Origin: Oscillospiraceae bacterium
GTDB taxonomy: Bacteria > Bacillota > Clostridia > Oscillospirales > Acutalibacteraceae
Assembly (NCBI GenBank): GCA_902790325.1
Contig: CADARP010000012.1
Span: 9,475-73,474, forward strand
DNA: 64,000 bases
Reading direction: 5' to 3'
The notes under the pieces were generated by a model. That model worked only from the letters and a program-made list of their open reading frames with translations, was not told the origin of the DNA and did no database searches. Numbering within the stretch: the stretch's first letter is position 1; the number at the start of each line of letters is the position of its first letter. Position numbers and translations under genes: made by a program. Shown in pieces: positions 1-9,357 of the stretch.

Positions 1-1
1 A

Positions 2-3000
2 TACTACCTGATCGATTCGGGCGAGAAACTTGCCTGGTTCTCGGCCAGGGTCAATTCCGGCTACGTCACGATCAAGGCGAAGCAGACGGCGGACCTTGAC
101 ATGGGCAGCCATCCGTTCACGCCCATCGGCACCGCGAGCCAGAAGTTCAAGGGCATCTATAACGGCGGCGGCTACACGATCTCCAACCTGAAGGTGACGG
201 GAGACGCGGAGGGACAAGGTCTGTTCGGGTATATTTCCACGACCGTGACGGTCGTGACGCTCCATGACGTGGATGAATACGGCAACCAGCTCTCAACGAC
301 TTACACGGAAAAAACATATACGCCCGCCGAGGTCAACAACGTGACGCTGACGGCGGCTTCGATCACCGGCAGCAAAAATGTCGGCGGCATCGTCGGCGTT
401 TCCGAGGGCGGCAAGGTGTTCGGCTGCTCTGTTGCGGGCACGGTGACGTCTACCGGCTCCAATGCGGGCGGCATCGTCGGCTATAACTATTCCGGCGCCA
501 TGATCATCAACTGCCAGAACGACGCGGCAGTCAGCGGCACGGTGCGTATCGCCGGTATTGCAGGCTACTGCTACGGCAACGCGGAGATCTACGGATGCTG
601 CAACACGGGCGCCGTGACCGGCAGTTCCTATGTCGGCGGCGCTGTCGGCACGAATGCCGGCTGCTTTCTCCACCACAGCTACAACAAGGGCGTCATCACC
701 GGCACGACCAACTCCACCGGCGGCCTGGTCGGCTACTGTACGTCCGGCGAACTGTTCTGCATGTACTCGATCGGTTCCGTGAGCTGCCCAGGCGAATATT
801 CCGGAGCCGTGCTCGGCAATATGATCTACGGCACGAAGATCGCGAAACTGTACTATGACCGCAGCGACACGACCGCGACCGACAGTTTTGCGACGGCGGC
901 CGAACACGAGCTGATGCTTGACGCAAGCTTCCTGACGGCGCTCAACTACAGTATGGAGATCTATGTCGGCGACTACTTCCATACCAACGACGGCTATCCG
1001 ATCCTGCGTTGGCAGTTGATCGGCTGGGACGGTTCGGTCGGCGAGCCCGAGACGAACAGCAGCGGCGAATACCTGATCACAAGCGGCAGCGAGCTTGCGT
1101 GGTTCGCGGGACTGGTCAACGGCACACTGTCCGGCGTTGCACAGAACAGAGCCGCCAAGGCGCAGGTCATGCGCGACATCCTGCTCAATCCCGGTATTTT
1201 TGACGATGACTCGAAGGTCTGGACGCCCATCGGTACGGAAACGTCCCCCTTTATCGGCACGTTTGACGGCGGCGAACACCGGATCAGCGGCGTGTATCTG
1301 CCCGACAAAGAGGCCAACTATTCCGGTCTGTTCGGCAGCGTCGGCTCCGGCGGCACGGTCAAGAACATTTTCCTGGAAAGTTCACTGATCCGCGGCAAGA
1401 ACTACAGCGGTGCAATCGCCGGTGCGGTTCTGGAAAACGGTTTGATCGAAAACTGCTTCAACTATTCCACGGTGCAGTCGCAGTACTATACCGGCGGTAT
1501 CGCCGGAATGAGCGCAGGCACGATCCGGACCTGCGGCAATGTCGGCAGCGTTGTGGGTGAATACTACTCCGGCGGCATCACCGGCGCGAACAACGGCGGC
1601 AGCGTCACGAGCTGCTTCAACAACGGCAAGGTCACCGGCGTTTCGCGCACGGGCGGCATTCTCGGCAACAATTACGGCGTGATCCGCAGCTGTTACAATA
1701 ACGGCATCGTGGAGGGCGGCGTTTCGGTCGGCGGTTTGGTCGCCTATCAGAACAGCGGCGCGGAAAACGGATTCACCGCATGCTACAACATCGGCTTCGT
1801 TAAGGGTACCATGCAGGTCGGCGCCGTGGTCGGCTACATGCAGAACGGCACGCTGACGTACTGCTACTACGACACCGAGCGTTCCGGAGCGGCGGACAAC
1901 GCGCTGGGCGCGACGGGCAAAACGTCGGCGCAGATGGCGGAGCCGACGTCTATCAGCGCGTTCGACGGCTTCTCCTATGCGGAATGGGTGGATCGCGGTG
2001 CGGATCAGTATTTTGACTACTGTCCGGAGCTGAAGGTGTTTTACAACTCCAACAACGCACTGCTGAAAGCGACGTCCAAGGAGAGCGCCGCCGTGGTCAA
2101 ACGGTCCTTTACCGTTATGGCGGAAGTCGACGGCGAAATGAATTCCTATTATGCATCCGTCAAACTCGGCGTGCAGCATATCGGCACGCACGAGGGTACG
2201 CTCACGCTCATCCGCGACGCGTCCGTCGTGGAAACGACCGTGGTGAACGGCAACGTCACGATTACCGACAACGCGCAGACGCGCACGCTCACGCGCGGCC
2301 TGGCGTTTTCCGGCAGTTTCTTCAGTGTCAACGGTATGCTGACGCTTGTCGGCACCGGCACAGATACGCTGTGTCTGAACGGCGGCGGTTTGTCGGTTTC
2401 CGGCGCCGCGCCCGTGTACGTCGCCTCGACCGGCCGCGTTACGCTGGAAAAAGGCGCGCTGATCACCGCCAACCGCGCTCCGTCATACGGCGGCGGCGTC
2501 TATGTGAACGGCGGTTCGCTGACGATGAAAGGCGGCAAGATCTCCGGCAACAGTGCCTCGTACGGCGGCGGTCTGTACAGCGCGGGCGGCGTGCTCGTGC
2601 TCGAGGGCGGTACGATCACATCCAATACCGCGCAGAACGGCGGCGGCGTGTATCTGCAGGGTGCCGGCGCGGAGGTCACGGTTTCCGGCACAGCGGTTAC
2701 AAACAACAGCGCGACGAACAACGGCGGCGGTATGTATAACCAAGACAGCCCCGTTGACTGGACGGGCGGTACGCTGACCGGCAACACGGCGGCGCAGCAG
2801 GGCGGCGGCGCGTACAATGCGGGCACGCTTCGTCTGTCCGGCGGCAGCATTTCGGGCAATACGGCTGCAGCCGGCGTCGGCGTCTATCAGGCGGGCGCGC
2901 TGGAAACATCCGGCAAAGTTTCACTCGCGTCGAGCGATGACATCTATCTGCCGTCCGGCCGCATCGTGACCAATACCGACCGCATCAGCACCAGCGGAAC

Positions 3001-4819
3001 GGTGGCGAATATCACGGCGGAGAATTACGCGGCGGGTACCCGTGTGCTCGGCGGTGAATTCTGTGCCGCAAACTATGCAAAATATGTCGTGAACGTCCCG
3101 GCAGGCGCGGATGAGCTGTTTATCAATTCCACGGGCTATCTCGTGGCTAAGGAAACGCACAACGTGGCGCGTGTGAGTATGTTCGGCGCGTACAGTGTCT
3201 ACTATACATCCCTCAAGGAGGCCGTCGAGGCAATCGGCAACGAAGCCGGCATGATTACGATGGTCGACAATGACAACATAGAAGAGACGATCAACGTACA
3301 GGGCAATATCATCGTCACCATTGTGGGCGACGAAAGCGCGTCCCGCACGCTGACGCGTTACCGCACCTGCACCGGCGCGATGTTCCGTGTCGCCGAGGGC
3401 GCGACGCTCGAATTCGGTGCGACCGGCACGGCGGACAACGCATCGCTTATTGTGGACGGCGGCAGCACGCTGTACGGCACATACGGTACCTGCATCGTTG
3501 AGAACCACGGCACGGTTCGCGTCAAGGACGGCGCGACGCTGCAGAACGCGTCTTCCTCCGGGGACGGCGCGGCGATCCGCAACAGCGGCACGCTGGAGAT
3601 CGCAGGCGGTCTGATCCAGAACTGTACATCCGCAAACGGCGGCGCGGTCTGGAACGAGGGAACGGTCGGAATGACCGGCGGTACGATCCGCAACAGCTCG
3701 GCAGTGAACGGCGGCGCGATCTACAACGCGGGCAGCCTTGCGTTCAACGGCGGTACGATCACAGCCAATACCGCATCGCAGAACGGCGGCGGCATCTGCT
3801 CCGCGTCCGGCTCTGCCGACATGGACGGCGGTGTTTTGGAGACGGTCGTGACCCACATTGTGGACGGTAAGGAAGAACCGGTCCTGGACGAGAACGGCAA
3901 TCCGACGATCATCGAAACGGTCATTTCCGGCACGCTGTCCGGCAATACCGCAAGAAACGGCGGCGGTATGTATGTTTCGGGCGGCACGGGATCGATCACG
4001 TCCGGCGAGATCACCGGCAACATGTCCCCGAACGGCGGCGGTATTTATCTTGCGGGCGGCAGCTATACCGTCAAGGGCGGCAGCATCGCATCCAATACAT
4101 CGTCCGCGCACGGCGAGGCGATCTACAACGCCGCAGAGCTGACGCTGGATTCCGTACAGATCGACCCGGACGGCGACATCTATCTTGTGACGGGACACAC
4201 GGTCGTTCCCATGGGCACGGCGCCGTCGGCTGTCCTGACGCCTGCGAGCTATGCCATCGGCACGCCGATGCTCTCCGGCAGCGGCACAGCGGCGCTGCAC
4301 GGCGGATTCACCGTATCCAACGACCGCTTCTTTGTCAACGCGTCCGGTCTTCTGGATACAACGACGATCTCGGTCAAGGAATCGTCGCACATGAAGGTCG
4401 GCTATACCGACGGCTTTATCACGGGCATCGATGTCGAACACCGAACCGTTTCCGAGATTCTTGCGCAGTTTGACAACGACGCTTCCTCGCTGAGCCTGCG
4501 CAGCCGGAAAGGCACGGCGCTTTCGGACGACGACCTCATCAGCACGGGCTGTGTGATCGTGTTGCAGGACGGCGCCGGAAATACGCTCGACAGCAAGACG
4601 TTCGTGGTGGTCGGCGATGTGAACGGCGACGGCGAAATCAACGGCGTCGACGCGTCGCACGTCTATTATTTCCTTGCCGGCATGCTGGATAAGAACAGCG
4701 CCGCCAACGCGGCGGATTACCGCGCCGCGGACGCCGACAACGACGGCAGAGTAGATGGGTCCGATGCGGATCTGCTGCGTGCGTGCGGTCTGTACAAGGC
4801 GACGGTCGCCCAGCCGTAA
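2..4819 (+). CDS. Giant secreted/cell-surface repeat protein (GLUG-motif repeats, PMP-like beta-helix repeats, C-terminal dockerin); 5' end cut by the window edge
   Basis: The frame is open from nt 2. The upstream residues YYLIDSGEKLAWFSARVNSG repeat the later module EYLITSGSELAWFAGLVNG, so the Met at 101 is internal. There are many GGIVG/GGLVGY (GLUG-like) units, then many NGGGVY/GGGLY/GGAIYN units (polymorphic-membrane-protein-like). The C-terminus GDVNGDGEINGVDASHVYY...ADADNDGRVDGSDADLL is a two-repeat type-I dockerin signature. Confidence 0.8.
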   Translation, partial: YYLIDSGEKLAWFSARVNSGYVTIKAKQTADLDMGSHPFTPIGTASQKFKGIYNGGGYTISNLKVTGDAEGQGLFGYISTTVTVVTLHDVDEYGNQLSTTYTEKTYTPAEVNNVTLTAASITGSKNVGGIVGVSEGGKVFGCSVAGTVTSTGSNAGGIVGYNYSGAMIINCQNDAAVSGTVRIAGIAGYCYGNAEIYGCCNTGAVTGSSYVGGAVGTNAGCFLHHSYNKGVITGTTNSTGGLVGYCTSGELFCMYSIGSVSCPGEYSGAVLGNMIYGTKIAKLYYDRSDTTATDSFATAAEHELMLDASFLTALNYSMEIYVGDYFHTNDGYPILRWQLIGWDGSVGEPETNSSGEYLITSGSELAWFAGLVNGTLSGVAQNRAAKAQVMRDILLNPGIFDDDSKVWTPIGTETSPFIGTFDGGEHRISGVYLPDKEANYSGLFGSVGSGGTVKNIFLESSLIRGKNYSGAIAGAVLENGLIENCFNYSTVQSQYYTGGIAGMSAGTIRTCGNVGSVVGEYYSGGITGANNGGSVTSCFNNGKVTGVSRTGGILGNNYGVIRSCYNNGIVEGGVSVGGLVAYQNSGAENGFTACYNIGFVKGTMQVGAVVGYMQNGTLTYCYYDTERSGAADNALGATGKTSAQMAEPTSISAFDGFSYAEWVDRGADQYFDYCPELKVFYNSNNALLKATSKESAAVVKRSFTVMAEVDGEMNSYYASVKLGVQHIGTHEGTLTLIRDASVVETTVVNGNVTITDNAQTRTLTRGLAFSGSFFSVNGMLTLVGTGTDTLCLNGGGLSVSGAAPVYVASTGRVTLEKGALITANRAPSYGGGVYVNGGSLTMKGGKISGNSASYGGGLYSAGGVLVLEGGTITSNTAQNGGGVYLQGAGAEVTVSGTAVTNNSATNNGGGMYNQDSPVDWTGGTLTGNTAAQQGGGAYNAGTLRLSGGSISGNTAAAGVGVYQAGALETSGKVSLASSDDIYLPSGRIVTNTDRISTSGTVANITAENYAAGTRVLGGEFCAANYAKYVVNVPAGADELFINSTGYLVAKETHNVARVSMFGAYSVYYTSLKEAVEAIGNEAGMITMVDNDNIEETINVQGNIIVTIVGDESASRTLTRYRTCTGAMFRVAEGATLEFGATGTADNASLIVDGGSTLYGTYGTCIVENHGTVRVKDGATLQNASSSGDGAAIRNSGTLEIAGGLIQNCTSANGGAVWNEGTVGMTGGTIRNSSAVNGGAIYNAGSLAFNGGTITANTASQNGGGICSASGSADMDGGVLETVVTHIVDGKEEPVLDENGNPTIIETVISGTLSGNTARNGGGMYVSGGTGSITSGEITGNMSPNGGGIYLAGGSYTVKGGSIASNTSSAHGEAIYNAAELTLDSVQIDPDGDIYLVTGHTVVPMGTAPSAVLTPASYAIGTPMLSGSGTAALHGGFTVSNDRFFVNASGLLDTTTISVKESSHMKVGYTDGFITGIDVEHRTVSEILAQFDNDASSLSLRSRKGTALSDDDLISTGCVIVLQDGAGNTLDSKTFVVVGDVNGDGEINGVDASHVYYFLAGMLDKNSAANAADYRAADADNDGRVDGSDADLLRACGLYKATVAQP

Positions 4820-4845
4820 GCCGGACGAAATGCAAATTGTATTAC

Positions 4846-4877
4846 AAAAGGCGCCGCAAAAGCAGCGCCTTTTTGTG
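4846..4877 (+). terminator. Rho-independent terminator after the surface-protein gene
   Basis: GC-rich hairpin aaaggcgccgc-aaaa-gcagcgccttt followed by a T-run, about 30 nt after the stop codon. Confidence 0.6.
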
Positions 4878-4951
4878 CGGGGGCCGGAAGTCCGGAATAC
4901 GGAGCTTTACATTCCGGCTGCAATCTTAAAAGCTGTGCAGGAGGCTGTTTT

Positions 4952-5803
4952 ATGACAAATCGGGAGATCAATATCCGCGATCCTTTTGTGCTGTGCGAGA
5001 ACGGCACGTATTATATGTACGGTACGCGCGCAAAGGATTTCGGCATGCGCACCGGCGGCTTTGACGTCTATGTCGGCACGGATCTCGAAAACTGGTCGGC
5101 GCCGCAGGCGGTGTTCGATTCCGCAAAGTACGGCATGAACGACGGCAGCAACTGGGCGCCGGAGGTGCATCGGTACGGCGGCCTTTACTATATGTTTGCG
5201 ACCTTCACGCAGCCCAACGGCAGGCGCGGGACGTATTCGCTGGTCAGCGAAAGTCCGGTCGGACCGTTCCGCCCGAACAGTGAAAAGCCGCTGACGCCCG
5301 AGGAATGGGAGAGTCTCGACGGCACGCTGTGGGTGGAGAACGGAAAACCGTATCTTGTGTTCTGTCATGAGCATGTGCAGATCCTCAACGGTACGGTCTG
5401 TATCGTGGAGCTGTCCCAAGATCTTGCGCGCGCGGTTTCGGAACCGACGCTGCTGTTTTACGGCTCCGATGCGTACGGCGTGCCGGAAAACCCGGACGGC
5501 AGATACGTCACGGACGGGCCGTTTCTGTACCGCGCGGCGAACGAAAAACTATTCATGATCTGGTCGACCTGCCCGCCGACCGGGTACTATCAGGGAATGT
5601 GCATATCCGAAACAGGATGCGCCGCGGGACCGTGGACGCAGCTTCCGCCGCTGTATACAAAGGACGGCGGTCATGGGATGCTGTTCCGCGACAGGGACGG
5701 AGCGCTCCGCCTGACGCTGCACAGCCCGAACCGTTCCCTGGAAGAAAGACCGGTGTTTTTCCGTGTGCGGGAAGGCATTGAGCGTTTGGATATTGCGGAA
5801 TAA
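4952..5803 (+). CDS. Glycoside hydrolase family 43 (beta-xylosidase/arabinofuranosidase-like)
   Basis: N-terminal IRDPFVLCENGTYYMYGT, WAPEVHRYGGLYYMFAT and DGTLWVENGKPYLVF match GH43 five-bladed propeller blade motifs. No signal peptide. Confidence 0.8.
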   Translation: MTNREINIRDPFVLCENGTYYMYGTRAKDFGMRTGGFDVYVGTDLENWSAPQAVFDSAKYGMNDGSNWAPEVHRYGGLYYMFATFTQPNGRRGTYSLVSESPVGPFRPNSEKPLTPEEWESLDGTLWVENGKPYLVFCHEHVQILNGTVCIVELSQDLARAVSEPTLLFYGSDAYGVPENPDGRYVTDGPFLYRAANEKLFMIWSTCPPTGYYQGMCISETGCAAGPWTQLPPLYTKDGGHGMLFRDRDGALRLTLHSPNRSLEERPVFFRVREGIERLDIAE

Positions 5804-6056
5804 AAGGAGAAGCGCACTGGCTTTCGGGATCTGCGGATCGTCGGCTTCTGCCGGACGCTGTCTTCCTTTCCGATGCCGACCGTTTGCATCGACCGGAGCC
5901 TGATGCGGGACGTTTCCTTACTGCCGCTGTCAACGCCGCTGCGCGGATCGACGGCGAACAGGTCGGGATCGTCCGCGGCAAGCGCCGCCGAAAAAAAGAA
6001 AACCGCGGGAATGAAACGACGTCAGTCACGGATTCCCGACGATCTGAGGTGTTTTT

Positions 6057-7169
6057 ATGAAAAAGATTCTGTGCTGCCTGCTGGCGCTGACACTGTGCTG
6101 CGCCTTTGCCGTCTGCACCGCGGCAGAAGAGGCAACGGTCGAAAAAACGCTGCACGTCATCTCGTTCAACGTGGACGGACTGCCGATCCCGTCGTTCCTG
6201 TCCTCGACGAAGCGTCCTGCGCGCGAGGCAACGCGTCTGATCGCACGTCAGGTGAACGAAACGGACTGCGATATTCTGTGTGCGCAGGAGGACTTCAACT
6301 ACCACGGTGTTCTCTCGCGCGAGCTGGATCTGAAAAACCGGACGGTCACGAGCGGGCCTGCCGTGATCGGCGACGGTCTGAATATCTTCTCGCGTTATCC
6401 GATCTACAATGTGCGGCGCGCGGCATGGGACGCGGCATACGGCGTGTTCGACTGCGGCTCGGACGAGCTGACGCCGAAGGGCGTCCTCGTCTGCACGGTT
6501 GAAATCGAAGACGGCGTGTTTGTCGATGTGTACACCTTACATGCGGATGCATGGGAGGACGACGACTCCATGCTCGCCAAAGCCGCGCAGTTCGACCAGT
6601 TGGCGGCGCTGATCGACGAAGTCTCCGGCACGGACAGAGCCGTGCTGCTGACCGGTGATTTCAATACGAATTATTCGACGTTCCGCGACGGATACAAAGC
6701 GGGCAGCTACAATATCGACCTGTGTCAGAAACTTCTCGACAACTTCGTCTCCGACGGGTTCAAAGACGCGTGGATCGAGGCGAACACCGGCGGCAATTAC
6801 GACTTCACCTATGCCGAGATGCGGGAGAAGTACGGCTGCGACTATCCGCGCACGTGGGATACGCTCGATCACATCTACTACCGCGACGGCGCAGGCGTCA
6901 CGCTGACGCTTGAGGACGCGTTTTACGACGACATGGACTGCGACGCCGTCACGTGGCCGGGACATCTGTCCGACCATGCGGCTGTACACGCTCGGTTCAC
7001 CGTGTCGATCGACAAGACGCTGACCAAAGCACCTGATTCGCTCGAAAAGGAGCGTCCGCGTCCTCTGCGGTATTTGTTCGATGCGGCCGCATCCATCGCC
7101 AAAACAGTTCGCACCGCCCTCGTTCACCTGCCCGACCTGTGGGAAAAAGGGATCGGATGGCTCAAGTGA
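6057..7169 (+). CDS. Secreted endonuclease/exonuclease/phosphatase (EEP) family protein
   Basis: Signal peptide MKKILCCLLALTLCCAFAVCTAA. EEP motifs ISFNVDGLP, ILCAQEDFN, LLTGDFN and LDHIYY. Confidence 0.75.
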   Translation: MKKILCCLLALTLCCAFAVCTAAEEATVEKTLHVISFNVDGLPIPSFLSSTKRPAREATRLIARQVNETDCDILCAQEDFNYHGVLSRELDLKNRTVTSGPAVIGDGLNIFSRYPIYNVRRAAWDAAYGVFDCGSDELTPKGVLVCTVEIEDGVFVDVYTLHADAWEDDDSMLAKAAQFDQLAALIDEVSGTDRAVLLTGDFNTNYSTFRDGYKAGSYNIDLCQKLLDNFVSDGFKDAWIEANTGGNYDFTYAEMREKYGCDYPRTWDTLDHIYYRDGAGVTLTLEDAFYDDMDCDAVTWPGHLSDHAAVHARFTVSIDKTLTKAPDSLEKERPRPLRYLFDAAASIAKTVRTALVHLPDLWEKGIGWLK

Positions 7170-7189
7170 ATACAGGAAAGCATGCAAAA

Positions 7190-7226
7190 ATGCCGGGTCA
7201 TTCCAAAAGCGGAATGCCCGGCATAT
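7190..7226. terminator. Bidirectional hairpin terminator between convergent genes
   Basis: atgccgggtcattcc-aaaagc-ggaatgcccggcat lies between the + strand EEP gene and the - strand 171-aa gene, flanked by A/T runs. Confidence 0.5.
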
Positions 7227-7247
7227 TTGATGGATATCGATTTCCGG

Positions 7248-7763
7248 CTAACTCTCTACTGTCTCGATCCTTGCCTCGCTGCCGTCTGTGAATACCGCGT
7301 ACAGCTGCGGCAGATCGCCCGAGGCGGTGCGCCGCGTCTTGTGGAACCGCGCTGTCAGGATCAGATCGAACGACGTCGTCTCTCCTGCTTCCAGCGAAAA
7401 GGTGCTGTACTCCTCGCCCCACATGCGCACGGACGCTTCGGGCGAGAGCAGGTACCCGCTCTTGTAGTCCGACGGAAGCTCGGCGCGCAGCGCAAAATCG
7501 GACAGATCCTTGTTTGTGCCGTTGCGCAGCGTGACGGTATATGTCAGCAGCACCGTATCCGACCGCTCCTCATACATCGAGAAATGGCTTGACGCCTTGA
7601 CCATGACGGGCGCTGTCCGGATATCGCTTTTGTGCAGCATCTTCGTCCCGAAGGTCAACAGCGCCACGACCGCCGCGGCAATGGCGAGCACGACCGCAAC
7701 GGGCATCCAGATTCTTCTCTTTTGTCTGCGCGAAGTTCCGACGGTCACGTCTGTCTGTCCCAT
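7248..7763 (-). CDS. Hypothetical single-pass membrane protein
   Basis: 171-aa ORF directly downstream of glyQS on the same strand. It has a basic N-terminus, then the hydrophobic helix IWMPVAVVLAIAAAVVALLTF. No recognisable family. Confidence 0.55.
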   Translation of the reverse strand: MGQTDVTVGTSRRQKRRIWMPVAVVLAIAAAVVALLTFGTKMLHKSDIRTAPVMVKASSHFSMYEERSDTVLLTYTVTLRNGTNKDLSDFALRAELPSDYKSGYLLSPEASVRMWGEEYSTFSLEAGETTSFDLILTARFHKTRRTASGDLPQLYAVFTDGSEARIETVES

Positions 7764-7775
7764 ACGAATCTTCCT

Positions 7776-9155
7776 TTAAAAGGCGAGTGATTTTTCGATA
7801 TAGCCGACCAGCTCGCTGATGGGCAGGCGCACCTGATCCATCGAGTCACGGTCACGCACCGTTACACAGCCGTCTTCTTCGGACTCGAAATCGTATGTGA
7901 TGCAGAACGGCGTGCCGATCTCGTCCTGGCGGCGATAGCGTTTGCCGATGGAGCCGGTTTCGTCAAAGTCGGTCATGAAGTATTTGCTCACTTCGTCGCG
8001 GATCTCCATCGCCTTGTCGCTGAGTTTCTTGCTCAGCGGAAGCACGGCCGCCTTATACGGCGCGACGGCGGGACTCAGATGCAGAACCACGCGCGTGTCG
8101 TTCTTTTCGGCGTCGATGACTTCTTCGTCGTATGCCTCGCAAAGCAGCGCCAGCACCGTGCGGTCGAGACCGTAGGTCGACTCGATGATATACGGGATGA
8201 ACCGCTCGTTTGTGACGGGATCGAGATAGTCCATCTTGGTGCCGCTGTATTCCTGGTGGCGCGTCAGATCGAAATCGGTGCGGTTGTGCGTGCCGTTGAT
8301 CTCGCCCCAGCCGAACGGGAACAGGAATTCGATGTCGCACGCGGCCTTGGCATAGTGCGCCAGCTTTTCGTGATCGTGGAAACGCAGATGCTCCGGCGCG
8401 ATGCCGAGATCCTCAAAGTATTTCTTGCCGTATTCCTTGAAGTAATCGTACAGTTCGCCGTCCGTGCCTTCCTTGCAGAAGGTCTGGAACTCCATCTGCT
8501 CAAACTCGATCGTGCGGAACGTGAAGTTGCCGGGCGTGATCTCGTTGCGGAACGCCTTGCCGATCTGGCCGATGGAGAACGGGAGCTTGGCGCGCATGGT
8601 GCGCTGCACGTTCAGGAAGTTGACATATTCGCCCTGCGCGTTTTCGGGGCGCAGATAGATGACGCTCTTGCTGTCGTTGGTCACGCCGCGGAACGTCTGG
8701 AACATCAGATTGAACTCGCGGATGTCCGTGAAGTTGTGCTTGCCGCAGTTGGGACAGGGAATAGAGTGTGCCTTGATGTAGTCGAACATCTCTTCCTTCG
8801 TCATGCCGTCGGCGTGCGCGTCGGGATCGAAGTCGTCGATCAGGTTGTCGGCGCGGTGGCGCATCTTGCATTCCTTGCAGTCAAGCAGCGGGTCGGAGAA
8901 CGATGCGACGTGGCCGCTCGCTTCCCAGACGCGCGGATTCATCAGGATGTCCGCGTCGACCTCAAAGCTGTTGTGGCGCTCCTGAATAAAGCGCTTTCTC
9001 CATGTGTCCTTGACATTGTTCTTCAGACGCGCGCCCAGGGGGCCGTAGTCCCACGTGTTGGCAAGTCCGCCGTAGATGTCGCTTCCGGGGAAGATGAAGC
9101 CTCTGCCTTTGCACAGCGCGACGATCGCGTCCATGGATTTCTGCGTGTTGTCCAT
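7776..9155 (-). CDS. glyQS: Glycine--tRNA ligase (single-chain class II GlyRS)
   Basis: N-terminal IVALCKGRGFIFPGSDIYGGLANTWDYGPLG and the overall 459-aa length are typical of GlyQS. Confidence 0.95.
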   Translation of the reverse strand: MDNTQKSMDAIVALCKGRGFIFPGSDIYGGLANTWDYGPLGARLKNNVKDTWRKRFIQERHNSFEVDADILMNPRVWEASGHVASFSDPLLDCKECKMRHRADNLIDDFDPDAHADGMTKEEMFDYIKAHSIPCPNCGKHNFTDIREFNLMFQTFRGVTNDSKSVIYLRPENAQGEYVNFLNVQRTMRAKLPFSIGQIGKAFRNEITPGNFTFRTIEFEQMEFQTFCKEGTDGELYDYFKEYGKKYFEDLGIAPEHLRFHDHEKLAHYAKAACDIEFLFPFGWGEINGTHNRTDFDLTRHQEYSGTKMDYLDPVTNERFIPYIIESTYGLDRTVLALLCEAYDEEVIDAEKNDTRVVLHLSPAVAPYKAAVLPLSKKLSDKAMEIRDEVSKYFMTDFDETGSIGKRYRRQDEIGTPFCITYDFESEEDGCVTVRDRDSMDQVRLPISELVGYIEKSLAF

Positions 9156-9357
9156 ACCATATCTCTCCTTACTCTGACAATACCATATTATGATACCGCA
9201 TTATCCGCAAAAACGCAACACGTTTTCTGTATTTTTTTCGGCTTTTTTATCGACAAAAGAACGCCGGCGCCCTTGCTTTTCTCCGATGATTGTGTTTAAA
9301 TAAAAACGGAAACCGAATAGAAATACAACCCGAAAACAGGAAACAGAGGTGTCTGTT

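Noticed and set aside
2921-4660. Long antisense ORF (579 aa) inside the surface-protein gene. Similar long ORFs occur at 11804-14137(-), 14124-15284(-), 15421-16683(+), 16685-18136(+), 22509-24803(-), 24367-26052(-), 29928-32009(-), 41478-43322(-) and 51596-53131(-).
   Set aside because: Each lies opposite a gene with clear family motifs. Each has the Arg/Ala/Gly/His-rich, low-complexity composition typical of stop-poor shadow frames in high-G+C DNA, and none has recognisable motifs or an RBS.
5804-6056. The 253-bp G+C-rich intergenic region between GH43 and the EEP gene, containing a cgggaat...attcccg hairpin, as a possible riboswitch or sRNA.
   Set aside because: No recognisable riboswitch consensus, the only stem is short, and there is no T-run. 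The evidence is insufficient.
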